Source of the DNA: Eledone cirrhosa
Lineage: Eukaryota
Assembly (NCBI GenBank): GCA_964016885.1
Contig: OZ024754.1
Coordinates: 14,756,001-14,820,000, forward strand
DNA length: 64,000 nt
Direction: 5' to 3'
In this document: positions 52,430 to 64,000 of the stretch, in pieces
Numbering within the stretch: position 1 is the stretch's first letter
How the letters are laid out: every line of letters starts with the position of its first letter
The notes under the pieces: model-generated
Told to the model about the DNA's origin: nothing
Database searches by the model: none
The model's input: only the letters and a program-made list of their open reading frames with translations
Position numbers and translations under genes: made by a program

Positions 52430-52433
<4 letters not shown>
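51962..52433. mobile_element. Family E palindromic element, HHR at 52325-52385 (+) with mirror at about 52101-52162 (-)
   Basis: tattttat CTGATGA aagcgtaccaa agtt ttggtacccta GAAA tatata TA atagaata. Confidence 0.8.
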
Positions 52434-52459
<26 letters not shown>

Positions 52460-52463
<4 letters not shown>

Positions 52464-52658
52464 CGAAGGAAATGTGGTAAGGAACCATATGGACCATAAC
52501 GCACCAAAGTTCTCAATACTTAGGGTAGTAGAGTGGGTAATAGGAACAAGTATGAACCCGACGGCAGAGCTCAAGCCGTTTCGACGGCTAATTCTGGACT
52601 GTCCAGAATTAGCCGTCGAAACTTCCTGAGCTCTGCCGTCGGGGTCATACTTGTTCAT
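52460..52658 (-). mobile_element. Family C palindromic element
   Basis: Reverse complement of the architecture at 325-517. Confidence 0.75.
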
Positions 52659-53029
52659 ATATATATATATAATTTTAGTAAAATAATAGGATGCCGGATT
52701 GGTAAAGTTCTCTTAAAGTTTTATTGTTGCAAAAACACTGGTTTTTCCAAATGCTGATAGTATTTACTGGTCCCATCTTAACATGAATGCCTGACCTTAT
52801 GTTTCGTGGTCCAGTTATGGCTAACAATGTACAGAGGAATAGAGAGAAACCAGTTTTAATACTGCTACTCCACTATACTGTGGTTGCCATAACTGGACCC
52901 TGAAATATACAGTTCTGCATACATCGTAAGTGAGTGACCTTTAATATAATCTAAATAAGCCTTGTGTACTAGATTTTACTTTGCCTTTTTATCTACAGAT
53001 ATCCTACAGATACATACATACATACATGA

Positions 53030-53370
53030 GAAATCCATCGCGAATAGAAGCGGCCGAAATGAGGATCCTCGGAAGAGTCTTTGGAGTAAGTTATTCGATA
53101 GAGTGTGTAACACAGAGATCAGAGAGTCACTCCAGGTAGGGCCGCTACTTCTCCGAATTTAGAGATCACAGCTCCAATACTACGTCCATGTGGTTAGAAT
53201 GTCCCAGGAAAGAATCGCTGGACAGGTTTAATGAGCACAACCAACCAGCAGGAGACCCAGTGGTAGACATTAAGAAAGATGGTTGGATAACATCCATGAA
53301 CTTGGTTAGTCATGCTTGGGAATTCAGCTGGATCAGCTAGGGACGGTTGTTACTTCTGACAGGACCCGCT
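53030..53370 (+). pseudogene. Decayed RTE LINE C-terminal fragment
   Basis: EMRILGRV...DRVCNTEIRESLQVGPLLLRI.RSQL.YY.HVVRM...RRPSGR...RWLDNI, with stops and frameshifts. Confidence 0.75.
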
Positions 53371-53448
53371 ATAAAGATATAAAGTGCTAGCTTTGTCACA
53401 CAGTTATGCTGAATCACCCTGAGAATTACGTTAAGGTTGTGTGTGTTT

Positions 53449-53545
53449 ATATCATAACTGGTACATATCATAACTGGTACATATCATAACTGGTACATAT
53501 CATAACTGGTACATATCATAACTGGTACATATCATAACAGGTACA
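53449..53545. repeat. 18-bp tandem repeat, about 5 units
   Basis: atatcataactggtacat. Confidence 0.9.
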
Positions 53546-53829
53546 CACGGAAACGGCGGAGATCCAATACTCCCAGGGTCACCATCATGCACACATGCAT
53601 GGCAAGTACGAAAAATATTCCCGAGGTTTTTGTCGCCTTTTTATTAAAAAAATGACCAGGAGGAAGTTTCTGAACAAAGTTTACAATATTTATGCATTGC
53701 TGATGTATTCATATATACAAGTGCACACATACAAGTGCGCACATACACATGCATTAGCGCACACATACGTGTGTACGAATATATTTCCTTCCCTCTGTTT
53801 TCCCACTGTCCCGATAACTTAATTGAGTT

Positions 53830-53940
53830 ATCGCTCGCACTGATTTTAGGTATCTAGTCTTTAATGCGTCGAAATACCAACGATAATCAGCAGACTACTG
53901 ATGAGGACATTTTACCCCGTCTCTATTTTTATTCATATAT
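53830..53940 (+). mobile_element. Diverged family P copy
   Basis: gctcgcac...ggtaTCtagtctttaatgcgtcGAAAtacc...gactaCTGATGAggac aligns with 33932-34008. Confidence 0.6.
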
Positions 53941-53973
<33 letters not shown>

Positions 53974-54063
53974 GTTTAACGTCCATGTTCCACGCTTGCA
54001 TGGGTTTGGACGGGAGTTTTCCCACTTGAGGCAAGAGTGGTTGTCTTGCTCGCATATATATAT

Positions 54064-54445
54064 AGGAAAAGAGTCAGGACCCCGACTGCGTTAGGATCTA
54101 TCTGTCGAAACGGCCGGAGCTCAGCCGTCGGGGTTCTGACTCTTTTCCTATTATCCACTCTACTACCCTAAGTATTGAGTACTCTGGTGCGTTAGGGTCC
54201 ACCTGGTATCTTACCACACTCTCTTTATATATATATATATAACGGAGGAAATGTGGTAAGGAACCAGGTGGACCATATCGCACCAAAGTACTCAATACTT
54301 AGGGTAGTAGAGTGGGTAATAGGAACGAGTAGGACCCCGACGGCTGAGCTCAATCCGTTTCGACGGCTAATTCTGGACTCAATTAGCCGTCCAGAATTAG
54401 CCATCGAAACGGCTTGAGCTCAGCCGTCGGGGTCCTACTCGTTCC

Positions 54446-54448
<3 letters not shown>
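54064..54448. mobile_element. Two family C elements tail to tail
   Basis: 54064-54226 (+, diverged) and 54240-54448 (-), separated by (TA)n. Confidence 0.75.
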
Positions 54449-54479
<31 letters not shown>

Positions 54480-54482
<3 letters not shown>

Positions 54483-54627
54483 ATGATATTAAATAAATGG
54501 AAACTATATTTATAAAACCATATTTATTTTATTATATATATTTCAAGCGTACCAAAAGACTTTGGTACGCTTTCTTCAGATAAAATACAAAGTTTGTTTT
54601 ATAAATAGAGACATACCCAGGAAAATC

Positions 54628-54630
<3 letters not shown>
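54480..54630 (-). mobile_element. Family E element, HHR at about 54523-54586 (-)
   Basis: - strand tattttat CTGAAGA aagcgtaccaaa gtct tttggtacgctt GAAA tatata TA ataaaaata. Confidence 0.7.
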
Positions 54631-54695
<65 letters not shown>

Positions 54696-54860
54696 TAACA
54701 TATCTATCTATTTATTTATCTTCACCCCCCCCCCCTCTCTGTCTACACACACACATATATATATATATACACATACATATATATAGAGAGAGATATGTGT
54801 GTGTGTGTGTTACGATTATCAATGTGTTGACATTTCAATCATGTCTGTTCTACAGATGGG

Positions 54861-54940
<80 letters not shown>

Positions 54941-55039
54941 AAGAGAGAGGCAAACTTTTAAAAAAACGCCCGCCCCGTAAACCCATCACAACCAACACCA
55001 CCACCATCATAATCTAGGCCTGTACGTAAGATAAACACT

Positions 55040-56965
55040 AGATAATACACACATACATACACACACATACACACACGGCGACATATACAGACATACACGT
55101 ACAGATACACTGACACACATGGATAGATATACACACATACACACTCACACATACACACACATATACATACACACACGGCGACATATACATACATACACAC
55201 ACACACATATACACACATATACATACACACACACATACACACACGGCGACATATACATACATACACACACACACATATACACACGTACAGATACACTGAC
55301 ACACATGGATAGATATACACACATACACACTCACACATACACATATACACGTCCACATATACATACACACACACGGACAGATACACTGATACACACTCAC
55401 GCATACACATACACACGTCCACGTATACATACATACACACACACACATATATACACGGACAGATAAACTGACACACATGGATAGATATACACACATACAC
55501 ACTCACACATACACATACACACGTCCACATATACATACACACATACAGACGGTCAGATACACTGACACACACATACACACGTCCACATATACATACATAC
55601 ACACACACACACGTACACACGGACAGATACACTGACACACATATACACACGGATAGATATACAGACACACATACACATATATACGGACAGGTACACAAAC
55701 ACAAATACACACACACATACATCTACATACGAACAGATACACAAGCATAAATACACACACACATACACATACACGCATACGGACGCATACAAATACACAA
55801 ATACACACACACACGGACACAGATATACACACATACAAATACACATGGACACGTACACATACACACACATATAAATACACTCACGCACTCTTCATTTATT
55901 TATTTCACTCCCCCCCCTCACTATCATTTCATTCTCTCTTTCTTTCTCTTTCTCTCCTGTTTTTGCTCTCTTCTCTCCCTTACACACACACACATAAGGC
56001 CATACACACACACATAAGGCCATACACACACACATAAGGCCATACACACACACACATAAGCCCATAAACAGACACACACATAAGCCCATACACACACACA
56101 CATAAGGCCATACACACACACATAAGCCCTTACACACACACACATAAGGACATACACACACACACATAAGCCCATAAACAGACACACACATAAGGCCATA
56201 CACACACACGCACATACACACACGTATACACGCACGCACACAGGAGCCCACATACACAAGTCCACACATAATCGCATACACACACACACAGAAGCCCACA
56301 CACTCTTACACACACACAAGCCCATACACACGCTCCCTCACACATACACACACTCCCTCTCACACACACACAAGCCCATACACGCACTCCCTCACACAAG
56401 CCCATACACACTCCCTCACACACAAGCCCATACACACGCTCCCTCACACACACACACACAAGCCCATACACGCACTCCCTCACACATACACACATACTCC
56501 CTCACACAATCCCATACACACACTCCCTCACACACAAGCCCATACACACGCTCCCTCTCTTACACACACACACAAGCCCATACACGCACTCCCTCACACA
56601 TACACACATACTCCCTCACACAATCCCATACACACACTCCCTCACACACAAGCCCATACACACGCTCCCTCTCTTACACACACACACAAGCCCATACACG
56701 CACTCCCTCACACATACACACACACTCCCTCACACAATCCCATACACACACTCCCTCACACACAAGCCCATACACACGCTCCCTCTCTTACACACACACA
56801 CAAGCCCATACACGCACTCCCTCACACATACACACACACTCCCTCACACAATCCCATACACACACTCCCTCACACACAAGCCCATACACACGCTCCCTCT
56901 CTTACACACACACACAAGCCCATACACACGCTCCCTCACACATGCCCATACACACACACACACAG
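55040..56965. repeat. (CA)n-derived compound minisatellites
   Basis: Units such as cacataaggccatacacaca and a ~116-bp unit containing aagcccatacac...ctccctcacac. Confidence 0.85.
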
Positions 56966-57244
56966 CCACATACAATCGGCGGCCTTCAGCCGATGCCTGA
57001 TTTGATGGAAGCTGGTAAGTTTTGGCTGCTGCTACTACCGCTTTGGTCACGTGTTACTATTATTATTATTGTTGTTATTCTAGTTGTTGTTGTTGCCGGT
57101 GATTTCAGTTATATTTTCGCTTTAGTTTCTCTTCAGTTTGTTGAAGTAAAAGAACTTTTGCAAAAACTTCTTCCTCTTCACTTCGTTCGATTCTACGGAC
57201 CCCTGTTAAAAGCTGTTGCCCATCTGTTATTTATAATAGATACG

Positions 57245-57428
57245 TGGATTGGCAGTATCGGTAGAGGGTCGGACGCCATGCTTTCCAGCATAGTTACGTC
57301 CCTTTACGATCTGAGTTCAAATCCCGCCGAGGTTGACTTTGCCTTTCATCCTTACGAGGTCGATAAAATAAAGTACCAGTAATGCACTGGGATAATTGAT
57401 GGCCTTGTGCCTAAAGTAGAAACAGTTA
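57245..57428 (+). mobile_element. SINE family 1 with an 18-bp TSD
   Basis: gttatttataatagatac at 57226-57243 and 57425-57442. Confidence 0.9.
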
Positions 57429-57483
57429 TTTATAATAGATACTCAAGTTATTAGCTGTTAATACATATAGACATATATATATA

Positions 57484-57647
57484 TGAGTTCGATTCCTGGA
57501 CCGGGCGATGCGTTATGTCCTTGAGCAAGACACTTTATTTCACGTTACTCCTTCTACCCGGGGTTGCGACAGATAGATAGTAATAGCAATTGGAAAGACC
57601 AACGGAAACATTGTTTCCTAGGTCCGATTTGACGAAAGTCGATCGAT
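57484..57647 (+). mobile_element. SINE family 2, 5'-truncated
   Basis: gagttcgattcc...gtccttgagcaagacact...ggtccgatttgacgaaagtcgatcg. Confidence 0.8.
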
Positions 57648-57686
57648 CAAAAAAAAAAAAATATATATATATATATATATATGTCT

Positions 57687-57719
<33 letters not shown>

Positions 57720-57722
57720 CAT

Positions 57723-57759
<37 letters not shown>

Positions 57760-58080
57760 CGTAGGTCCCGGGTTGAGTCGGGGATAACCACAGTAAGTAA
57801 GGTACTCAATACATGGCAGAGTAAAATTTTTTTATTTTATAGAAGGAGCTTCTGAAGATTTCATCTGAATGAAACAGTACTAGTCCTGTAGAAGCTCCTT
57901 CTATAAAATAAAAAAAAATATATATATATATATATATTTATATGTGAGTCCCGGGTTCAATCGGGGGTAACAATAGTAAGTAAGGTACTAAAGTACACAA
58001 TACATAATAGAGTTGATACAACATTTATTATAGGAATGGCTTTTACAGGACTAGAACTGTTTCATTCGAAGAAAATCAAT
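57760..58080 (-). mobile_element. Two family B elements
   Basis: Tail cccgggtt.a.tcgggg.taac.a.agtaagtaaggtact at 57767 and 57950; tacaggactagaactgtttcattc. Confidence 0.7.
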
Positions 58081-58151
58081 AAATCAATTAGTTAGGAAAT
58101 CAGACAAGATGTGATTAGAAAAAGGTCATTTAATCATACATTCTAACACAC

Positions 58152-58190
<39 letters not shown>

Positions 58191-58191
58191 G

Positions 58192-58226
<35 letters not shown>

Positions 58227-58469
58227 GATATATACACACACAGATATATACACACACACACACAGATATATATATATACACACACAGATATATATATATA
58301 TATACACACACAGATATATATATATATATACACACACAGATATATATATATATAGTCACACAGATATATATATATATATACACACACAGATATATATATA
58401 TATATATAGTCACACATATATATATATATATACACACACAGATATATATATATATATATATAGTCACAC

Positions 58470-58500
<31 letters not shown>

Positions 58501-59151
58501 GATATATATATATATATATACACACACAGATATATATATATATATATACACACACACAGATATATATATATATATACACACACAGATATATATATATATA
58601 TACACACACACAGATATATATATATATATATACACACACAGATAGATAGATATACACATATATTCCCTCTCTCTCATATGTAAATATATCCTATTAAAAA
58701 TTAGTTGAGTATGTTATATTTTTTTATGTGCATTTAATATAATTAACAAATACATAGATTATAATAATAATTGTTTCTACTTTTGGCACAAGGTCAGCGA
58801 TTATCCCAGTGTATTACTGGTACTTTATTTTAGATTATAATAATAATAATTCTTTGTTATTGGCCACATGGGCCTACATATTACGAAGACGAGGATCAGA
58901 AAAACTGCGCCAATAATTCTCACCAGAAATATTTACCACAGGAATTTTATATACACCGTAAAAACTAAACAAATTGAAAGTTTTTTTTCTTTTTGTGTCA
59001 CCTGTAGAGAAATGAAGACACATTGATGTATACACACGCACACATATATATACATACATAAATACATACACACATACACATATATATATATATACATATA
59101 AATATATATAGATAGATAGATAGATATATATATACATAAATATACACACAC

Positions 59152-59190
<39 letters not shown>

Positions 59191-59401
59191 TATATAAACA
59201 ATCACAGCGCAGCGTTGCAGTGTTGTAATTATCTGCTCCAGGGAAAGGCATCAACGCCACCACTTCACATTTCTGATTGACTGTAGTAGTAATTTACCTG
59301 AGTTTTGATCAGCGATGTAAAGGAAATGTTCTGTTTATCAGCAGCACCAGGAAATTAAAAATACTAATAATATAAATAATCATTACCACTGCTGCTGCTG
59401 T

Positions 59402-59456
<55 letters not shown>

Positions 59457-59469
59457 GTTGATGCTGCTT

Positions 59470-59700
59470 TTACATACGATCAGTACGGAAAGACGAGAGC
59501 CACGGATCGGCTGTACATTTGTCTCTCACAACTTTTCTATTTGGATTTTGATTTGGCGGGCGCGGCGTGTTGTAGTGACGTGTTGGGTATGAGTTCTCGG
59601 CGAAAAACAACTTCGCGAGCCGGTTTCGATTCTCAATTGGAACCGCTCTCACTTCGCTTCTTCACACTGCTGTTTCACTGGCGTCATTACCAAATCTACT
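59470..59700 (+). promoter_or_regulatory. CpG-rich unique segment, candidate promoter or 5'UTR of the downstream gene
   Basis: Locally GC- and CpG-rich and non-repetitive, with a TCAGT initiator-like motif at 59480, about 0.9 kb upstream of the signal-peptide exon. Inference only. Confidence 0.3.
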
Positions 59701-59988
59701 CTTTGTGATTAAGGCATGAACATCACAACAAACAGCACTTTTCCCTTCCTCTATTTCCCCAAAAGTAAATCAATTCTAGGCCCTCCCACCCAGAAATAAT
59801 TGACAAAGAAACAAAGAAATTGAAGGATTCCATATCAATGTGACCAATCCTTTGATTTCTTAGAATTTTTCAATTTTATTTATTCATTTAATTTTTAACA
59901 TTTCCTTCCACTTTTATACAACTTTTTCTTACATCACCTACCCCCACTCACATCTCGATCTACCCACTTACCCACCTATCTACCCACA

Positions 59989-60060
<72 letters not shown>

Positions 60061-60373
60061 CGTCCATTCATTCATCGATCAGTATATCTATTTATCTAAT
60101 CATTTATCTGTTCACCAAATTCATCGAGCTAACTATTTATCGATTACTTTCTTCGTCCACCAATCTGTCTATTTACCTATCGACTCACCTATTTATCCAT
60201 TTATCACCACCTACCTATCTACCTACCTGCATACATACATATCTACCTACATACATACATATTTACCTATCTATCTACCTAGCTAGCTACCAACCAACCT
60301 ACCTACCTACCTACTTACCTACCTATCTATCTACACTTGTCATCTAACTCCCACCCCATGAGGAAACTTCCAA

Positions 60374-60508
60374 ATGCTTATCCACGGAATATTCTATATT
60401 ATTGGTCTGCTGTTGGTCTGCTGTGGAATTATCCGAAAAGCGGAGACCATTAATATTGACGAGAGTAAAATAAATGTTGCTCGTTGCCGAGTGGAATGTT
60501 TGAAAATG
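60374..60508 (+). CDS. Probable first coding exon of a secreted Cys-rich protein, anosmin-1 (KAL1)-like
   Basis: caaATG...ATG/GTAAGT. The 45 codons read MLIHGIFYIIGLLLVCCGIIRKAETINIDESKINVARCRVECLKM: a hydrophobic signal peptide, then DES...ARCxxxCL as recalled for the anosmin-1 N-terminus. Consensus phase-0 donor. No further exons recognised in the window. Confidence 0.6.
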
Positions 60509-60562
60509 GTAAGTTCTTTAAAACTTTCTTCATTCATTTGATTGATTTTTAAATATCATCTT

Positions 60563-60727
<165 letters not shown>

Positions 60728-60811
60728 TACACAATTATCAAAGTTATGTTCAAATCATTTTATTGCTGACAATTTATAGTATATACATAACTATAAATAG
60801 TATAATTATTA

Positions 60812-60890
<79 letters not shown>

Positions 60891-61217
60891 GTATATATAA
60901 TATATATATGTATATATACATATATATGTATATATATGTATATATACATATATATGTATATATAATATATATATACGCATATATGCATGTATATGTATAT
61001 AATGTATATATATATATGTATATATTTATGTATGTAATGAATACACACATATATATATTTATTTATATTTATATATATATATATAAAGATATATATATAT
61101 ATTATATATATCTTTATATATATATATATAAATATATTTATGTATGTATATGTATATATACATATATGTGTATAATGTATATATATATATATATATGTAT
61201 TTATGTATGTATATCTC

Positions 61218-61251
<34 letters not shown>

Positions 61252-61852
61252 AATACATACATATACACACACACACACACACACATAAATATATATATAT
61301 ATATATTTTCATGCCAAGTTCTATTCTAGCAACTATTTGTTGCTAAGGTTTGGTTTCCCTTCTGTTGATAGTTCTCGTGAACGTGTTTTCATATTACAGT
61401 ATTTCTTATATAGTTAAGGCACTTTAAGTTCTCGTCTCGGCTGATATCAACTTTTACCTTTCATCCTTCAGGGGCCTAATGAAATAAAGCACCAGTCAAG
61501 TACTGAGTTTGTTTCATCGACTTTCCTCTTCCCTCATTTTGTTTTGTTATCTTAATTAAATGTCATTTATTTTTTATTTTTCCTTTTTTTTCCATTTCAC
61601 GTTTGATTCTAGCAACTTTTTGTTGTTGCTTATCTTCCTACTTGTTGATAGCCATTTCTAAGAAGTTGTTTTATTGAGTTGCGGTTCTTTACATTCTGAG
61701 TAGAAGTTAACTTTGCCTTTCATCCTTACGGGGTCGATAAAATAAAGTACTGATCAAGTATTGGGATCGATTTAATAGACTTCCCCCACTGTTTAATGGA
61801 ATCAAACTCACAGCCCAATACTCTAACTAGTAAACCTTGCACCTTTACAAAC

Positions 61853-62170
61853 TGTAGGATGATTCTATTTTAGCACCTTTCTTACCTGTAGTTTTAAAGT
61901 TTAAATGTTTGTAGGATGATTCCATTTTAGTACCTTTCTTACCTGTAGTTTTAAAGTTTAAGTGTTTGTAGGATGATACTATTTTAGCACCTTTCTTATC
62001 TGTAGTTTTAAAGTTTAAGTGTTTGTAGGATCAGTCTATTTTAGCACCCCTCATACCTGTAGTTTTAAAGTTTAAGTGTTTGTAGGATCAGTCTATTTTA
62101 GCACCTCTCTCACCTGTAAGATTAATCTATTTTAGTACCCCTCTTGCCTGTAGTTTTAAAGTTTAAGTTA
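61853..62170. repeat. 54-bp tandem repeat, about 5.5 units
   Basis: tgtaggatgattctattttagcacctttcttacctgtagttttaaagtttaagtgtt. Confidence 0.9.
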
Positions 62171-62204
62171 TTTTCTGCTTTGGTAATTAAAAATAAAAAC
62201 TGTA

Positions 62205-62480
62205 CAAGAAAACAATCATAATAACAGAAAAAAAGCAACTAACAACTTTTCTGACGTATGAAGTACGATAGAAATTAACATGTTATTGACATGAATGGGG
62301 TAGAAGAAGGAAATCTAAGACATAGTTTTTCGGTGGTGCGGTATCTGCCCTGGCAATTGAACAGCAATAATAAAACAAACGCAACTAATAATTTTTCTGA
62401 CGTCTGAAATACGATAGAAAATAACATGTTATTGACATTGGGGCACAAGCAAATCTAAGGCACAGTTTTCGGTAGTACGG
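62205..62480. repeat. Local ~165-bp duplication
   Basis: gcaactaa...tttctgacgt.tgaa.tacgatagaaa.taacatgttattgacat...aaatctaag occurs twice. Confidence 0.75.
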
Positions 62481-63206
62481 CTGTACAAATAATTACCAGT
62501 GTTTCTAACATAGATTTACTACTGTTTGTTCCAGCCCGCTGCACTCTTCTTATTGAGTTTTCATTACTAATGATATTGTTTACTTAAGCTAGGCTAGAAT
62601 TGGTTTTATGCTCTTTGTTATACTGAAGCATTGCTTGTTGAAAACCTTCAGTGGTCCTTAGAGGTAGGGTTAATCGATTACATTAATCTCGATATTTGAC
62701 GGGTACTTTATTTTATATTATCCCGGAAGTATGAAAGGAAAAGTTGGACCCTGGGGGATTTGAACCCAGAATATGCCGGAATTAAATACACCAAGGTATT
62801 TCATCCGGAATTTAATAATATTTTTTCTTGACTGTTTCCACAAATGTGCCGGATTAGAGGATACGAGAGGGATAGGTTATCAAAACAATGTGTGTGTGTT
62901 TGTTTGTTTCAGTGCGTGTACTTATTTCTTTTTGTGTGTGTGTTTATGTGTTTTGTGAGTATGTGTGTGTTTGTGTGTAGAAATCGTAAAATGGAAAATA
63001 AACGAAAGCACATGTATACTGAATATACGCCATCATTTACCGTAGGTACATGTTTAGAGATTTGTGAAAGGGAGAAGTTGGTATCGATCCTTATATATAG
63101 ATAGTGTTTTACTTTATCGACCCCAGAAAGCGGGAAATAAAGGATAAATATTAATAATGTCCCAACATTTATGAAATACGGAATTTCCACGAGCCCCGCT
63201 AAATAT

Positions 63207-63400
63207 TAATTGTTTCTACATTTGGCACAAGGCCAGCAAATTACCCAGTGCATTATTGGTACTTTTAATTTATCGACGCCGTAAGGATGAAAGGCAAAGT
63301 TAACCTCGGCGGGATTTGAACTCACAATGGCAAGGGCTGTACGTTCTATGCTGGAAAGCATTGTGTCCGACCCTCTACCGATACTCCCAACCCACCGCCC
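63207..63400 (-). mobile_element. SINE family 1
   Basis: TSD-like ccccgctaaata.taat. Older copies at about 61420-61530, 61680-61790 and 62665-62815. Confidence 0.85.
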
Positions 63401-63711
63401 CGCTAAATAGTAATAACATTTACCAAGAGAAGGAAAACTCTGATGTAAAACCTACGACTCGTTGGCAGTCAATGTTGACCTGTTCTTCTGTGTTGTTCAG
63501 GGAGTGGGAGTGGTCCATAAAACTTCAAGCACATGCATTACTTGATCTAAACGATGTTCACGTGTGTTGCGTCAGCATGGTCTTTCATTTTTTTTTTCGC
63601 TGCAGTATATGTAGAAAGGAATCTAAATCCTCGGTAGGTTAAGCTCTCAATTAAGCACTCAATGGATCGAGAAGCTAGACATTATTGTATACATATGCAT
63701 ATATATGTATC

Positions 63712-63928
63712 GTCAGTCGATCAACTTTCGTCAAATCGGACCGAGGAAACAATGTTTCCATGGGTCTTTCCAATTGCTAATACTATCTATCGGTCGCAAC
63801 TCCAGGTAGAAGGAGCAACGTGAAATAAAGTGTCTTGCTCAAGGACATAACGCATCACCCGGTCCAGGAATCGAACTCACAACCCCACCATTGCGAATCT
63901 AATTCTTTAACCACTCAGCCACGCGCCT
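63712..63928 (-). mobile_element. SINE family 2 (CORE-like)
   Basis: As 43755-43970. Confidence 0.8.
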
Positions 63929-64000
63929 ATACATATATGTGCATATATATCTATATATATTATCCTGTTGGTTTTCTCGTTGCTTCGGTGTCGTGGCTGG

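Overview
Very AT-rich, microsatellite-dense ((TA)n, (CA)n, (CATA)n, (GA)n, (GTT)n, (TAG)n) eukaryotic DNA. Its tRNA-derived SINE families resemble those of octopod cephalopods, but this is inferred from repeat content only. Almost all ORFs in the supplied track are microsatellite artefacts. Supportable content: (1) a decayed C-terminal-GIY-YIG Penelope-like element (PLE) at 45568-47402 (-). (2) A dense population of short (100-700 bp) non-coding elements from about 15 sequence families (my own letter labels). They sit in (TA)n tracts, have PLE-type tandem or inverted architecture, and most carry a minimal hammerhead ribozyme (HHR) motif. (3) Two tRNA-headed SINE families, plus fragments of RTE, R4/Dong-like and CR1 LINEs and a bipartite non-autonomous RTE. 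(4) Minisatellites derived from transposon ends. (5) One probable first coding exon of a secreted, anosmin-1-like protein at 60374-60508 (+). The most unusual observations are a repeat family whose three hammerhead core strands occur in reversed (permuted) order, a PLE-architecture family carrying a tRNA-like cloverleaf where other families carry a hammerhead, and several family-specific HHR core variants. All structures were read by eye and no folding or database search was run. Repeat boundaries are approximate (about 10-20 nt).
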